DNA of 64,000 bases from Candidatus Babeliales bacterium (lineage in GTDB: Bacteria; Babelota; Babeliae; Babelales; JANWKD01). The first letter of the stretch is position 1. Every line of letters begins with the position of its first letter. The notes beneath the pieces are model-generated. The model did no database searches. It was not told the origin of the DNA and saw only the letters and a program-made list of their open reading frames with translations. The stretch spans positions 1,152,001 through 1,216,000 of the forward strand of contig CAVRJM010000001.1 in NCBI GenBank assembly GCA_963722075.1, in the 5' to 3' direction. The translations under genes and the position numbers were made by a program. Of this stretch, positions 20,486-30,281 are shown one piece after another.

Positions 20486-22753
20486 TTAGAACCTATATTC
20501 TAAACCAAAGTTAAGAGTATATGCCGTATCATTCCATAGCAATGCCAACGGAATTCTATCAAATCCAGTAGGATCCAATTTATCAAGCAACTTCTGTTGC
20601 TCTCTATTAAGTGGCATTCCTCGAATATCTTTAAAGTGCGATCCTGGTATAAATACTGATCCCACTACAAATAATTTGAGGCTCTTGAATAAATCTATAT
20701 CAAAGAAGGTATTAATTTCGGTTCCCAAGAAATTGCGTGCAAGTTCATGAATGGTACGCTTTAATCGGAAATCAAATTTGCGAGTCGCATGTTGCTGCCA
20801 ATATACTAAAAGATTCGGTCGCAAATTAAACGATTTGCTTTCAACTTTTGGACTCCATAATGCTGAGCTACCCACAAAAATTAAGTTAGTAAATCCTGAA
20901 ACTATAGTCGGTACCGTAACCAATATGTTCGATGATTGTGTCGGTGTTGTTAATGGGCGCGGGATTCTACCGGCACCGCCTAGAATAAAGGCACTTTGTA
21001 CTCGATTACCACTATAAATTTCTTGTAATCCAATAAACCCTTTATAATCACCATCTACGTTGCTATCACCAGGATTGTGTAAATCAAGATTTGGATTTTC
21101 ATCACCTGATGCCACCCCAAAACCAGCTGCAAATCGTAACGTACGCTCATTAAACCAGTAAGCGCCATCCGAAACAACCATCCATCCTTTGAGTTTATTA
21201 TTATAAGGGTTTCTAAAACGATTAATATCATTAAATAATTGAATAGGTAATCCCGTTTGCGGGTCAATTGCCGTACCAATTAATAACCCATTTTGAGAAG
21301 CATCTTGCGCTGAATTATCTATAATTTGCTGTATAATTTTTCCATTAGGATCATTTGGCGCAAAAACTACTTTAGGCGCTTTAGGGTTCACGGTAGGATC
21401 TTCTGTAACCACACGACTGTTAACTAGGGTAAATACGCCCTTAACATTTTCTTTTTCAATAAAGTTTCTATCCCACCCGCGCACATGTTGCACCCCAAAG
21501 TTGAAGGCTGTATCAAAGCCCCATTCGAAATTATTAAATACAAACTCCCCAGAGCACCCCGCAGTACCAAGCCTCGCACTCGCATCAGCTAAAAATTCAA
21601 TCGTTTGCTCAGGGTTGTTATTATAAAGAAGATACGGTTCAAAAGAAGCAACGGTACATTCATTTTTTACGGGAAACCATTTCACGCGACTGGCAATAAC
21701 AAAATCAACATGACCCGGACCGCGTTCAGGGGAGCGCAACCGACCAAATTCTTGTCCAAATATCTTTTCACCCGTAGCATTTAAGCTATCACCTTTATTT
21801 TGCAAAATCGCTCCATATAAATCCATACTCAATTTATTAGGAACAAATTCAGCATTAAACTTATAACCAAATGCATATTGATCAATGGAGTTATCAGAGA
21901 AGAAGCCAAGCACGCCCGGATTCACTGCATATGCTGAACCAAGTGCAATACCACGGCCTAATTCAAAAGGAAACGCTCCCAACATAAAATATAATTTAGA
22001 TTTAAAATGTAAGTTAAGCGCTTCATTTATATTAAAACTAAACCACAATTCTCGAATCCAGAATAATTGACGCGTAATACAATGCGCATGACCAGCATCT
22101 AAGCTATCTAATGTTTTTATTTTAGTATTGGTTGTACGCACTATGCTTTCCGGATTACCCCACACAGACTTATTTCGCATCGTCACAAAAAAATCTGCCA
22201 CATTGTATCCATAACATTTTTTACCGTAATCAAGCGCAAAATTTACGTCAATGGTGCTACGACTAAATTGAATAAAATCAGCTCTATTGTGATTATTAAG
22301 CAAATTAGCGTTACGCGCCAAAAAGCTTTCTGGTTTAAATTTAATCTGAAACTTACCCGTTAAATTTCCCCATCCAAACGCCATTGCTTCCTGCGTATAA
22401 TCAATCGGCCCAAGCCCACCGGAAGCGGCAGAGTCTCCAACCGGTGACGCTGTTTTAAATACTAAGGCATTTTTAGTTGATGCTCGACCAAAATTTTCAG
22501 CCATTGGCTCCGCTGTTAACGTTGCCTCTTGATTAGCTATATCAAATTCTGCATTATCATTAGTAAATACATCATAAGGTCGACCAGCAAGACGCGGGTC
22601 TTCAGCTGCAAATTTGGTAGATTGAGGCGCTAAATCTTCTTTGTCACCAACTAAAATATATTCATCATCTGAGAGCGTTGAGTTTTCTACAATGCCATTA
22701 ATTGCACCAAACGAAATAAGGGCTAGCGCAATAATTGACAAGAACTGAATCAT
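20486..22753 (-). CDS. Putative outer-membrane beta-barrel protein
   Basis: Signal peptide; alternating aromatic beta strands; C-terminal beta-signal YTLNFGLEYRF. Confidence 0.75.
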   Translation of the reverse strand: MIQFLSIIALALISFGAINGIVENSTLSDDEYILVGDKEDLAPQSTKFAAEDPRLAGRPYDVFTNDNAEFDIANQEATLTAEPMAENFGRASTKNALVFKTASPVGDSAASGGLGPIDYTQEAMAFGWGNLTGKFQIKFKPESFLARNANLLNNHNRADFIQFSRSTIDVNFALDYGKKCYGYNVADFFVTMRNKSVWGNPESIVRTTNTKIKTLDSLDAGHAHCITRQLFWIRELWFSFNINEALNLHFKSKLYFMLGAFPFELGRGIALGSAYAVNPGVLGFFSDNSIDQYAFGYKFNAEFVPNKLSMDLYGAILQNKGDSLNATGEKIFGQEFGRLRSPERGPGHVDFVIASRVKWFPVKNECTVASFEPYLLYNNNPEQTIEFLADASARLGTAGCSGEFVFNNFEWGFDTAFNFGVQHVRGWDRNFIEKENVKGVFTLVNSRVVTEDPTVNPKAPKVVFAPNDPNGKIIQQIIDNSAQDASQNGLLIGTAIDPQTGLPIQLFNDINRFRNPYNNKLKGWMVVSDGAYWFNERTLRFAAGFGVASGDENPNLDLHNPGDSNVDGDYKGFIGLQEIYSGNRVQSAFILGGAGRIPRPLTTPTQSSNILVTVPTIVSGFTNLIFVGSSALWSPKVESKSFNLRPNLLVYWQQHATRKFDFRLKRTIHELARNFLGTEINTFFDIDLFKSLKLFVVGSVFIPGSHFKDIRGMPLNREQQKLLDKLDPTGFDRIPLALLWNDTAYTLNFGLEYRF

Positions 22754-23016
22754 GAGGCACCTGGATAAAAAATAATAATAAACAAAAAAATGAATGAGGG
22801 ATGCACAATTAAAATAATATTTATTTTAAAATTGTTGTCTTACATGGTCGTTAATTCAAAAAGTAATGATTTTTATTAATTTGTCAAATAAATGTCTACT
22901 TAAAATACTCTATTTTGTGCATCCATTAGGTCTTTCCTTTTGATGCATCTTATCTCTTTACAACCACCCCACAAATAAGTAAGGTAACCAATATATCATT
23001 TTTATATGTGGATTTT

Positions 23017-23904
23017 ATGAAGAAAAAGCATCGCCTTTTACTAGGCGCTCATATGTCAGTTGCCGGCGGCTATGAACAGGCTCTTATTAAAGGAGTCTCT
23101 ATTGGTTGTACTGCCATTCAATTATTTACTAAAAGCAATCGTCAGTGGAAAGCAAAAGCAATATCACCCGACCAAGCAGATCTTTTTAAAAAAACAGCAC
23201 AGCAGCTCTCAATTGAAATCGTGGCTCATGCCAGTTACCTTATTAATCTAGCAAGTAACGATGCCGCCATCACCAAAAAATCGATTATGGCGCTTATAGA
23301 AGAATTGGAGCGCTGCACCGCTCTGGCAATACCATATCTGGTATTGCATCCAGGATCGGCAGGCAAAACGCCTCTGGCAGAAAGCCTAGCATGCGTAAGC
23401 GAGTGCCTTAATTATGTTCTGGAGCATGATAAGGGATTGACTATGATTTTATTAGAAAACACCGCAGGGCAGGGTTCAAGCGTAGGATCTACTTTTGAAG
23501 AATTAAAAACCATTTTTAATGGAATTACCCATAAGAAAAGAGTTGGATTTTGTTTTGACACCTGCCATGCTCTGGCGGCAGGCTACGACTTTAGAACACC
23601 AAAGCTGTATACTCAAATGTGGGATCATTTTGACAAACTTATTGGCCTGCAACATCTTAAGGTTTTTCATATGAATGATTCAACCAAGGATCTCAATTCT
23701 CATGTTGACCGCCATGCACATATCGGTAAAGGAAAAATAGGACTTGAAGGGTTTGGTCTTATTATGAATGATCCACGTTTTTTTGATCTTCCTAAGATTT
23801 TGGAAACACCTAAAACAACAACCGATTTAAAACATGATCTTGAAAATTTGGAGACCTTGAAGGGTCTTTTAACAAAAAAGACAAGGTCTGATTTGGAAAT
23901 GTAA
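23017..23904 (+). CDS. nfo: Endonuclease IV
   Basis: GAHMSVAGG, HASYLINL, HPGS, ENTAGQG, DTCH, DRHAHIG, ILETP; ATG 23017 (alternative GTG 23008). Confidence 0.97.
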   Translation: MKKKHRLLLGAHMSVAGGYEQALIKGVSIGCTAIQLFTKSNRQWKAKAISPDQADLFKKTAQQLSIEIVAHASYLINLASNDAAITKKSIMALIEELERCTALAIPYLVLHPGSAGKTPLAESLACVSECLNYVLEHDKGLTMILLENTAGQGSSVGSTFEELKTIFNGITHKKRVGFCFDTCHALAAGYDFRTPKLYTQMWDHFDKLIGLQHLKVFHMNDSTKDLNSHVDRHAHIGKGKIGLEGFGLIMNDPRFFDLPKILETPKTTTDLKHDLENLETLKGLLTKKTRSDLEM

Positions 23905-23923
23905 TTAGGAATCAATTTTATAA

Positions 23924-24177
23924 CTGGATTCTTACGGCTTAACAGCCTCAGAATGACAATGGGTTCTCTAAAATGTCATCCTGAGGAGTGCGCGTCCGAC
24001 TTTGCTAAGGCTACGCCGGATTCCGTAATAGCAAGCGCGTGTCCGGCGTAGTTCTAAACGGAGACGGAACGTAAGGATCCAGTGAATAAATAAATCGAAA
24101 ATTAATAACGGAACCTGGATTGCGTCAACAAGCCATGTCCGCCGAAGCTCCGCGAGCGAAGGCCGGATTGCAATGAC
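23924..24177. repeat. Composite/nested palindromic repeat cluster
   Basis: Type-B right arm (23924-23957), type-B left arm from 23974 interrupted by gtccg...cgga units, type-A-like right arm ending gcaatgac 24177. Confidence 0.75.
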
Positions 24178-24580
24178 ATGGCTACAATAACAAGACAAGT
24201 AAGAAGAAATAATATGGTAATACTATAAAATCATCTAAAGTACGGTTAAAAAACAGAGAATGGTAATAACCCAAAGAACCTTTTTAAATAAGCTAAGAAG
24301 GAATTGTAATAAATTTTATAAAGGTTGATGAGTTATTACCCTCAAAAGCAGTGCTTCTACTCATATTAGCCTTAAAACCAAACTATCACAGTGGCTATAT
24401 GGAGTTTAATAATACCTAACTAAACTTGAAGCTTTATCATTTTGATGCAAAGAAAATAAAAAACAATAAATTCCATTATGACAAATTTTGCAACAACAAA
24501 AAAACCTGTAAAAAACAGTAGATTTGGCAAATCAGCGTTTCGCAAGTAAAAATATTAAAAAAAGGCAACAAAATCACCCC

Positions 24581-25603
24581 TCAATGGCTCAAAAGTGAGG
24601 ATTTTCGCTTGTAGGAAAGCATAAATAGCCACCCGAGTAAGAAGATACCCCCCATTAAAACCAAGTGGAGGAGGCTTATATGATTGTAGGAAAATGCCAA
24701 GCCAATATTCATAAGAAGAAATGACAAAATTGTACAATAGAGCAGTATTTCCCATGTAGACCAGCCATTTCTTTTAAGATACAAACAAAAATGATGTGGG
24801 CTACCCTGGTAAAAGGGGATACCGTAATAGGTTCTAATTATAATTAGAAATGTAACTTCCAATAAAGGAATTGATAAAATAACTGCTGGTGTTAAAAAAC
24901 CATAGCCATTATAAACACTCCAATTAAAAAGAAAGGGCACTGTTGCCAGTAAACCACCAATAAATAGTGATCCTGCATCACCTAAGTAAATCTGAGCCGT
25001 GGGTTTATTATAATAAAAAAAAGCCATTAATGCGCCCAAAAAAGCTCCCAGCAACAAGGTAATATTATAATGACCAAATAACAGCGCAATAATGATAAAG
25101 GCAGTTGTAGCGGTCATTGCTAAGGTGGTGGCAAGCCCATCCATGACATCTACCAGGTTAAAAGCATTCACCACTGACAATATCCAAAAAAAAGAGATGG
25201 GAATCGTCCAATAATTAGAAAGAAAAAATAGCTCTTTAAGATGAAAACCCGCCTTTAAAAAACAAAGAGCAGCTACTGATTGCCCAAAAAATTTTTGATA
25301 AGGCTTAATACATAAAAGATCATCGATTAAACCAACGAAAAGTAAAAGAGTTGTTCCTACAATAAATTGCAAAATTTGATTTTCAAAAGGGTATACTAAT
25401 GCTAATGAGACTAAAAAACCTATATAAACGGCTATACCACCCAAGTAAGGCGTTGCTTTTGCATGGTTTTTAATTTTTCCATCAGGCACATCAAGTACTT
25501 TTAAACGAATGGCAAACGACATTACCAAAGGAACTAAGTAAAACGTTATTAAAAAAGAGATAATAATAGAAAAAAACAGCTTTAAAGCAATAATAAAATT
25601 CAC
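24581..25603 (-). CDS. MraY/WecA-family (GT4) undecaprenyl-phosphate sugar-1-phosphate transferase
   Basis: TPYLGGIA, GLIDD, NAFNLVDVMDGLA, IYLGDAGS; multi-TM. Confidence 0.9.
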   Translation of the reverse strand: MNFIIALKLFFSIIISFLITFYLVPLVMSFAIRLKVLDVPDGKIKNHAKATPYLGGIAVYIGFLVSLALVYPFENQILQFIVGTTLLLFVGLIDDLLCIKPYQKFFGQSVAALCFLKAGFHLKELFFLSNYWTIPISFFWILSVVNAFNLVDVMDGLATTLAMTATTAFIIIALLFGHYNITLLLGAFLGALMAFFYYNKPTAQIYLGDAGSLFIGGLLATVPFLFNWSVYNGYGFLTPAVILSIPLLEVTFLIIIRTYYGIPFYQGSPHHFCLYLKRNGWSTWEILLYCTILSFLLMNIGLAFSYNHISLLHLVLMGGIFLLGWLFMLSYKRKSSLLSH

Positions 25604-25684
25604 AGTACTCCCTTTTTTTACCAGAGTTGTAAATGAAATAAGTGTAAAAATCTCTTATGCAAATTTCAATAAATTAATTTTATG

Positions 25685-27700
25685 TTACTTTGCCGATGAT
25701 TTAGCAGGCATTTCAAGCATACACTCAACGCGATCATCAATCTCCCATTCATTAAAGCCATCAACTAAAAATGCACATTCAAAGCCGGTATGAACTTCTT
25801 TTACCGGTTTCCTATCGCGCTCCAAGCTTTTAATTGCACCACCACCAATTTTATTCTTGCCTCGCCAGATTTGTACGGTACCATTACGAGAAAGACGCCC
25901 TTCTCTAACATACGCCCCGGCAATAGTTCCGACATTTTTAATATGAAAGACCTTGCGAATAATCGCTTCACCGATTTTAGTAGCAACAAGCCGTGTAGTC
26001 TCTTTCTCCTTGATAAGATCTTCTAAGTTTTCAAGAAGTTTATAAATTACTTGGTATGTTTCAATAGAAACATCATATTTTTGAGCCAGAGACAATGCAT
26101 TAAGTTCATGTTTTACATGAAAGCCTAAAATGAGAGAATGCGTGGTGTGAGCAAGCTCAACATCGCTTTCACTTATATCACCAATTCCAGAATAAATAAG
26201 TTGAAACTTTTTTGCGTTTTTCTGATTTATTTGTTCAATGCCTTCTATAATGGCTTCTTTACTGGATTTGGTATCCACCTTAAGAATAATGTTTATTACG
26301 CCTTCAGAAACGAATTGCTTAGGCTCTTCGCGCACTATTCCTTTTGATTTTGCTTCTTGATATTGTTCTTGTGTTACCACGCTAAAAGAGTCGCCGGCAT
26401 TAGGTAATTGATCAAAACCAGATACTTGAACTGGAATGGAAGGGTCTGCTTTTTTTAAATTTTTTCCAAATGAATCGATCAGAGCCGTAATTTTACCAAA
26501 TGTTTGCCCAGCAATAAAATAGTCTCCTACGTGCATAGTGCCTTCATGCGCAATTACCGTAGCAACCGAACCGCGCCCTTTTTCAACGCGCGCTTCAAGC
26601 ACAAATCCTTGTGCGGCCTTAGTAGGATCAGATTTAAGCTCCATAACTTCTGCTTGCAACTGAATCATTTCTAATAATTGATCCACACCGGTACCATTTT
26701 TTGCAGAAATGGGAATGCAAATAGTTTGCCCACCCCATTCTTCAGGTAATAAATCATGCTGAGTTAAGGAACGTTTTACTGATTCAATTTGCGCAGGGGA
26801 TGCTTTATCAATTTTATTAATGGCAACAATAATAGGGATTTGAGCATTTTTTGCATGTTTAATAGCTTCTACCGTTTGCGGCATAACACCATCATCAGCG
26901 GCAACTACCAATATTGCAATATCTGCAACTTTTACCCCACGTGCACGCATTTTTATAAAAGCTGCATGACCAGGCGTATCAAGAAATACCATGCCGCCTT
27001 GATCAGTTTTAACTTGATAAGCACCCAAATGTTGAGTGATGCCGCCTTGCTCACGCGCCGCCACTTTGGTTTTGCGAATGAAATCAAGGAGTGTTGTTTT
27101 GCCATGGTCAACGTGTCCAATTACTACCACTATTGGCATTCGCTTTTGCAAATGTTTAGAGGCAGATGTCTGTTGAGCGGCCGGTTTTGTATAGGTTTCT
27201 TTTTTGGCAACACCGGTTACCACTGGAATCTGATAGTGTCGCGCCATCTGCTCAACTACTTTTGATGGTAATAGTTGATTTTTGGAAGAAATAATTCCCT
27301 GCTTAAGCAAAGTAAGCATAATCTCATTCACGGGTATCATAGTCTTTTGAGCCAATTGACTCACCGTCATAGGCTCGACAACCAATCCTGCATGTTTTGG
27401 TGCAAATGCTGGCGCTTGCTCAACTCTTGCAGATACTTCCTTGGTTGCTAAATCCACTTGAGGGGCTTCAATGGAAGGTGTCTCTAATGGCATCTCTTCT
27501 TCTGCAACCATTTCTGTTGCAACCATTGGTTGGGTAGAAGAACGTTCTTGCTGTTGCTGATAATACGTATCTAAAAAATTAATGGCATCAGGTGAAAGCG
27601 CAGACATGTGCGAAATAACATCAAAGCCCTGCTGCTTTAATAAATCGACAACTTCCTTATTGGAAAGACCTAATTTCTTTGAAAATTCATATATACGCAT
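25685..27700 (-). CDS. infB: Translation initiation factor IF-2
   Basis: MRIYEFSK, GHVDHGKTTLLD, GGITQH, DTPGHAAF, INKID. Confidence 0.98.
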   Translation of the reverse strand: MRIYEFSKKLGLSNKEVVDLLKQQGFDVISHMSALSPDAINFLDTYYQQQQERSSTQPMVATEMVAEEEMPLETPSIEAPQVDLATKEVSARVEQAPAFAPKHAGLVVEPMTVSQLAQKTMIPVNEIMLTLLKQGIISSKNQLLPSKVVEQMARHYQIPVVTGVAKKETYTKPAAQQTSASKHLQKRMPIVVVIGHVDHGKTTLLDFIRKTKVAAREQGGITQHLGAYQVKTDQGGMVFLDTPGHAAFIKMRARGVKVADIAILVVAADDGVMPQTVEAIKHAKNAQIPIIVAINKIDKASPAQIESVKRSLTQHDLLPEEWGGQTICIPISAKNGTGVDQLLEMIQLQAEVMELKSDPTKAAQGFVLEARVEKGRGSVATVIAHEGTMHVGDYFIAGQTFGKITALIDSFGKNLKKADPSIPVQVSGFDQLPNAGDSFSVVTQEQYQEAKSKGIVREEPKQFVSEGVINIILKVDTKSSKEAIIEGIEQINQKNAKKFQLIYSGIGDISESDVELAHTTHSLILGFHVKHELNALSLAQKYDVSIETYQVIYKLLENLEDLIKEKETTRLVATKIGEAIIRKVFHIKNVGTIAGAYVREGRLSRNGTVQIWRGKNKIGGGAIKSLERDRKPVKEVHTGFECAFLVDGFNEWEIDDRVECMLEMPAKSSAK

Positions 27701-27735
27701 TACGATATCGCATCCAGTTCTTTAATTTTATATTT

Positions 27736-28812
27736 TTAATTTTCTTCAAATGTCTTTTCAAGAACTAATTCTTTATCTTCTACGGTAGACATTGAAGGAC
27801 TTTCCGACTGCACTAAATGAATATTTACCCCTACAAGCTGTGATGCTAATGCGATATTTTGTCCGCCTTTACCGATCGCTAATGATCGTTGATCCTCATC
27901 AAGCCAAATATTTGCATTTTTATTATCAACTAACTCAACACGCGATATAACTGCCGGCTTTAATGCATCTTTTATTAACGCTTCTAGTGAATCATTCCAT
28001 GCTATAATATCGATTTTTTCAGTACCCAATTCCTTTAATATAGGCTTAATACGAACACCACCAATACCTACACAAGTACCCACTGGATCAATATTTTTAT
28101 CATGAGACATTACTAATATCTTTGATTTATAACCTGGAATGCGTGCTATTTTTTTTATTTCAACTAACTTTTCAAAGACCTCAGGAATCTCGAGCTCAAA
28201 CAATTTTTCTATAAAGATTGTACTTGTTCTATCCAGTATCAATTGATTATCATTACGCGGCTCAGAAAGCACTTCTTTTAAGAGCGCTCTAACAGGAAAG
28301 CCTACCACACATTTATCACCAGTAATACTTAATGACTTAGGCAAAAAAGCCAAATTATCATCAATCTTAACGGTGGCGCCGCCATATTCACATTTGTGAA
28401 TAATGCCATGCACAATGGTCCCTTGCTTATTTTTGAACTGATCGTAAATCAATGTTGCTTCAATTAAACGAATTTTATTGGCAATAACTTGTTTAGCGCG
28501 CAGAATTTCAATACGCCCAATTTTTCCCTCAAAAGGAACTAAGACCGAGTCCCCCACATTAAGCTCAGGATTAATATTTCGTGCTTTTCTAAGGCTAATC
28601 TCTAGATCCTCGTCTTCAGGGGCAGAGACGATTTCTTTTTGAACTTTGATTTCGATTTCATCGTTTTTTTTATCATAATCAGCTTTAAAGACCAACCCGG
28701 GATATTTTTTTTCATAAGCTGCCAATATGCCTTCGCAAATAATAGAGCTTAGTATGGCCCGCTCCAGACCTTTTTCTTCTACGAGTTCTTCTATAACCTG
28801 AGATAATTTCAC
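27736..28812 (-). CDS. nusA: Transcription termination factor NusA
   Basis: LFELEIPEV, ARIPGYKSK, DPVGTCVG, LAIGKGGQNIALASQL; GTG start. Confidence 0.97.
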   Translation of the reverse strand: MKLSQVIEELVEEKGLERAILSSIICEGILAAYEKKYPGLVFKADYDKKNDEIEIKVQKEIVSAPEDEDLEISLRKARNINPELNVGDSVLVPFEGKIGRIEILRAKQVIANKIRLIEATLIYDQFKNKQGTIVHGIIHKCEYGGATVKIDDNLAFLPKSLSITGDKCVVGFPVRALLKEVLSEPRNDNQLILDRTSTIFIEKLFELEIPEVFEKLVEIKKIARIPGYKSKILVMSHDKNIDPVGTCVGIGGVRIKPILKELGTEKIDIIAWNDSLEALIKDALKPAVISRVELVDNKNANIWLDEDQRSLAIGKGGQNIALASQLVGVNIHLVQSESPSMSTVEDKELVLEKTFEEN

Positions 28813-28851
28813 GATATCCTTTATTTCTTAATTAAATATAACTTTGACCCC

Positions 28852-28935
28852 GTCATCCTGAGGAGCGAAGCGACGTGAGGATCCAGTAATAAAAATGGTC
28901 ACGCTAATAGATTCCCACACTTCGTTCGAAATAAC
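28852..28935. repeat. Degenerate type-B palindromic element
   Basis: gtcatcctgaggagcgaagcgacgtgaggatccag left arm with decayed right arm (gattcccacacttcgttcgaaataac). Confidence 0.6.
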
Positions 28936-29042
28936 ATTTTAGGGGGATTAGATAAAAGTGTAACAAAAAATATAGAAATGAAAAGTAGCGCATCAATAAA
29001 ATAGGCTTTGGCTTTTTAGGGAATCAGATCATTCCTATTACC

Positions 29043-29334
29043 ATTATTATATATATATATTAAATATTAATAATAATAAGCGCAGCGATTTTTGTGGATA
29101 ACTGGTCAAATTTTTTTAAAAAAGCAAGGTAAAACCGCAGTTTTTTGATTTTTTTCCAATGTGGATAACTATGTGGATAGAATGTGGATAACTTCGACCA
29201 TAGGTTCTCAAAGCTGCGCTTAAAGCCATGTTGTAAGCGCATAGTGTCCTAAGCACCTTGTTTAAGCCATTATTCAACCCATGAAAAAGTTATCCACATA
29301 GTTATCCACATAGTTATCCACATAGTTATCCACA
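29043..29334. promoter_or_regulatory. oriC: Probable chromosomal replication origin (oriC)
   Basis: Perfect TTATCCACA boxes at 29290, 29302, 29314, 29326 (+) and 29093, 29160, 29183 (-), one-mismatch box at 29172; AT-only unwinding tract 29043-29079. Confidence 0.88.
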
Positions 29335-29347
29335 ATTTCTATGTGAA

Positions 29348-29938
29348 TTAAACGCGTGTTTCTTGTTGATTTAAAAGGGTTAATGCATGTTGGATATCGT
29401 GCCTGAACTTCGTTAAATCGGCTGGATTTCTCAAAATATATGCAGGATGGTAGGTGGGGACAATTAAAATGCCGTGGAAATTAAGGGCTTTTCCGCGTAT
29501 TTTACCAATCGGCTGAGCGGTACCATCTAATAAAGCATTAATGGCTACAGAGCCTAAAGTAACGATTAATTGAGGATTAATAATTTTTAATTCAGGTAGC
29601 AAGATTAGTTTTTTATAAACCGCAATTTCAAGCGGGGTAGGAGTTCTATTATTGGGCGGCCGGCACTTAACAACGTTGGTTATAAAGACGTCTTTTCTGT
29701 TAATGCCGCAGTGTTGTAATGTTGTTGTTAATAACTGTCCTGAGCGACCAACAAAAGGGCGCCCCAATTCATCTTCTTTCTGGCCAGGGGCTTCTCCTAA
29801 AAATAAAACAGGAGAATTAGGATTTCCCTCTCCATAAACGATTTTAGTTGCTCCGGAAGATTCGATAGGCAATGAGTTGCAGGAAGGAAATTGCTTATAA
29901 AGCGTTTGTAAGAGCTGTTCTTTGGTTGATTTAAGCAT
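29348..29938 (-). CDS. Uracil-DNA glycosylase family 4
   Basis: GEAPGQKED..GRPFVGRSGQLL, TNVVKCRPPNNRTP, TYHPAYILRN. Confidence 0.93.
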   Translation of the reverse strand: MLKSTKEQLLQTLYKQFPSCNSLPIESSGATKIVYGEGNPNSPVLFLGEAPGQKEDELGRPFVGRSGQLLTTTLQHCGINRKDVFITNVVKCRPPNNRTPTPLEIAVYKKLILLPELKIINPQLIVTLGSVAINALLDGTAQPIGKIRGKALNFHGILIVPTYHPAYILRNPADLTKFRHDIQHALTLLNQQETRV

Positions 29939-30049
29939 GCTATTGGTTCTAGTAATGGGTTTAACTATATTTTGTCTTGTTTTATTTATACTACTAATGC
30001 TGGTGACTTCTAATAATTATACAAAGAACCTTAAGAATGCAAAAATTAT

Positions 30050-30079
30050 CAGAAAGCGCGATTGATTACGCGCTTTCTG
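30050..30079. terminator. Hairpin, possible terminator
   Basis: cagaaagcgcg-attgatta-cgcgctttctg, 11-bp perfect stem downstream of the C11 peptidase. Confidence 0.5.
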
Positions 30080-30220
30080 GTGTGCCAATTTGTTTTATTA
30101 GTTGCATGTCGATTGATTTCTAAAAAAGCAACAGCGCATGCGGACCGATGTTGTTGCAATTTATATTAAAGAATATTGGGATGTGTAAAAAAGTTGTTAT
30201 ATGGTCGATAGAATAGAATG

Positions 30221-30275
30221 TGTTGCATTGTTGCTTAATTAAAATGGTATAGCTGTGTTGAGCAACAATGCAACA
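30221..30275. repeat. 18-bp inverted repeat just past the C11 peptidase stop
   Basis: tgttgcattgttgcttaa ... ttgagcaacaatgcaaca, 1 mismatch, 19-nt loop. Confidence 0.6.
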
Positions 30276-30281
30276 TTCATG

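Noticed and set aside
23968..24198. 76-aa minus-strand ORF
   Set aside because: Merely reads through the GC-rich palindromic repeat cluster
24178..24580. 400-nt gap as ncRNA or pseudogene
   Set aside because: No recognisable RNA motif or reading-frame remnant by eye
29060..29242. 60-aa ORF in origin region
   Set aside because: Translates DnaA boxes (YPH repeats); no RBS or protein features
29289..29334. 12-bp tandem repeat as CRISPR or VNTR
   Set aside because: No spacers; each unit is a perfect DnaA box
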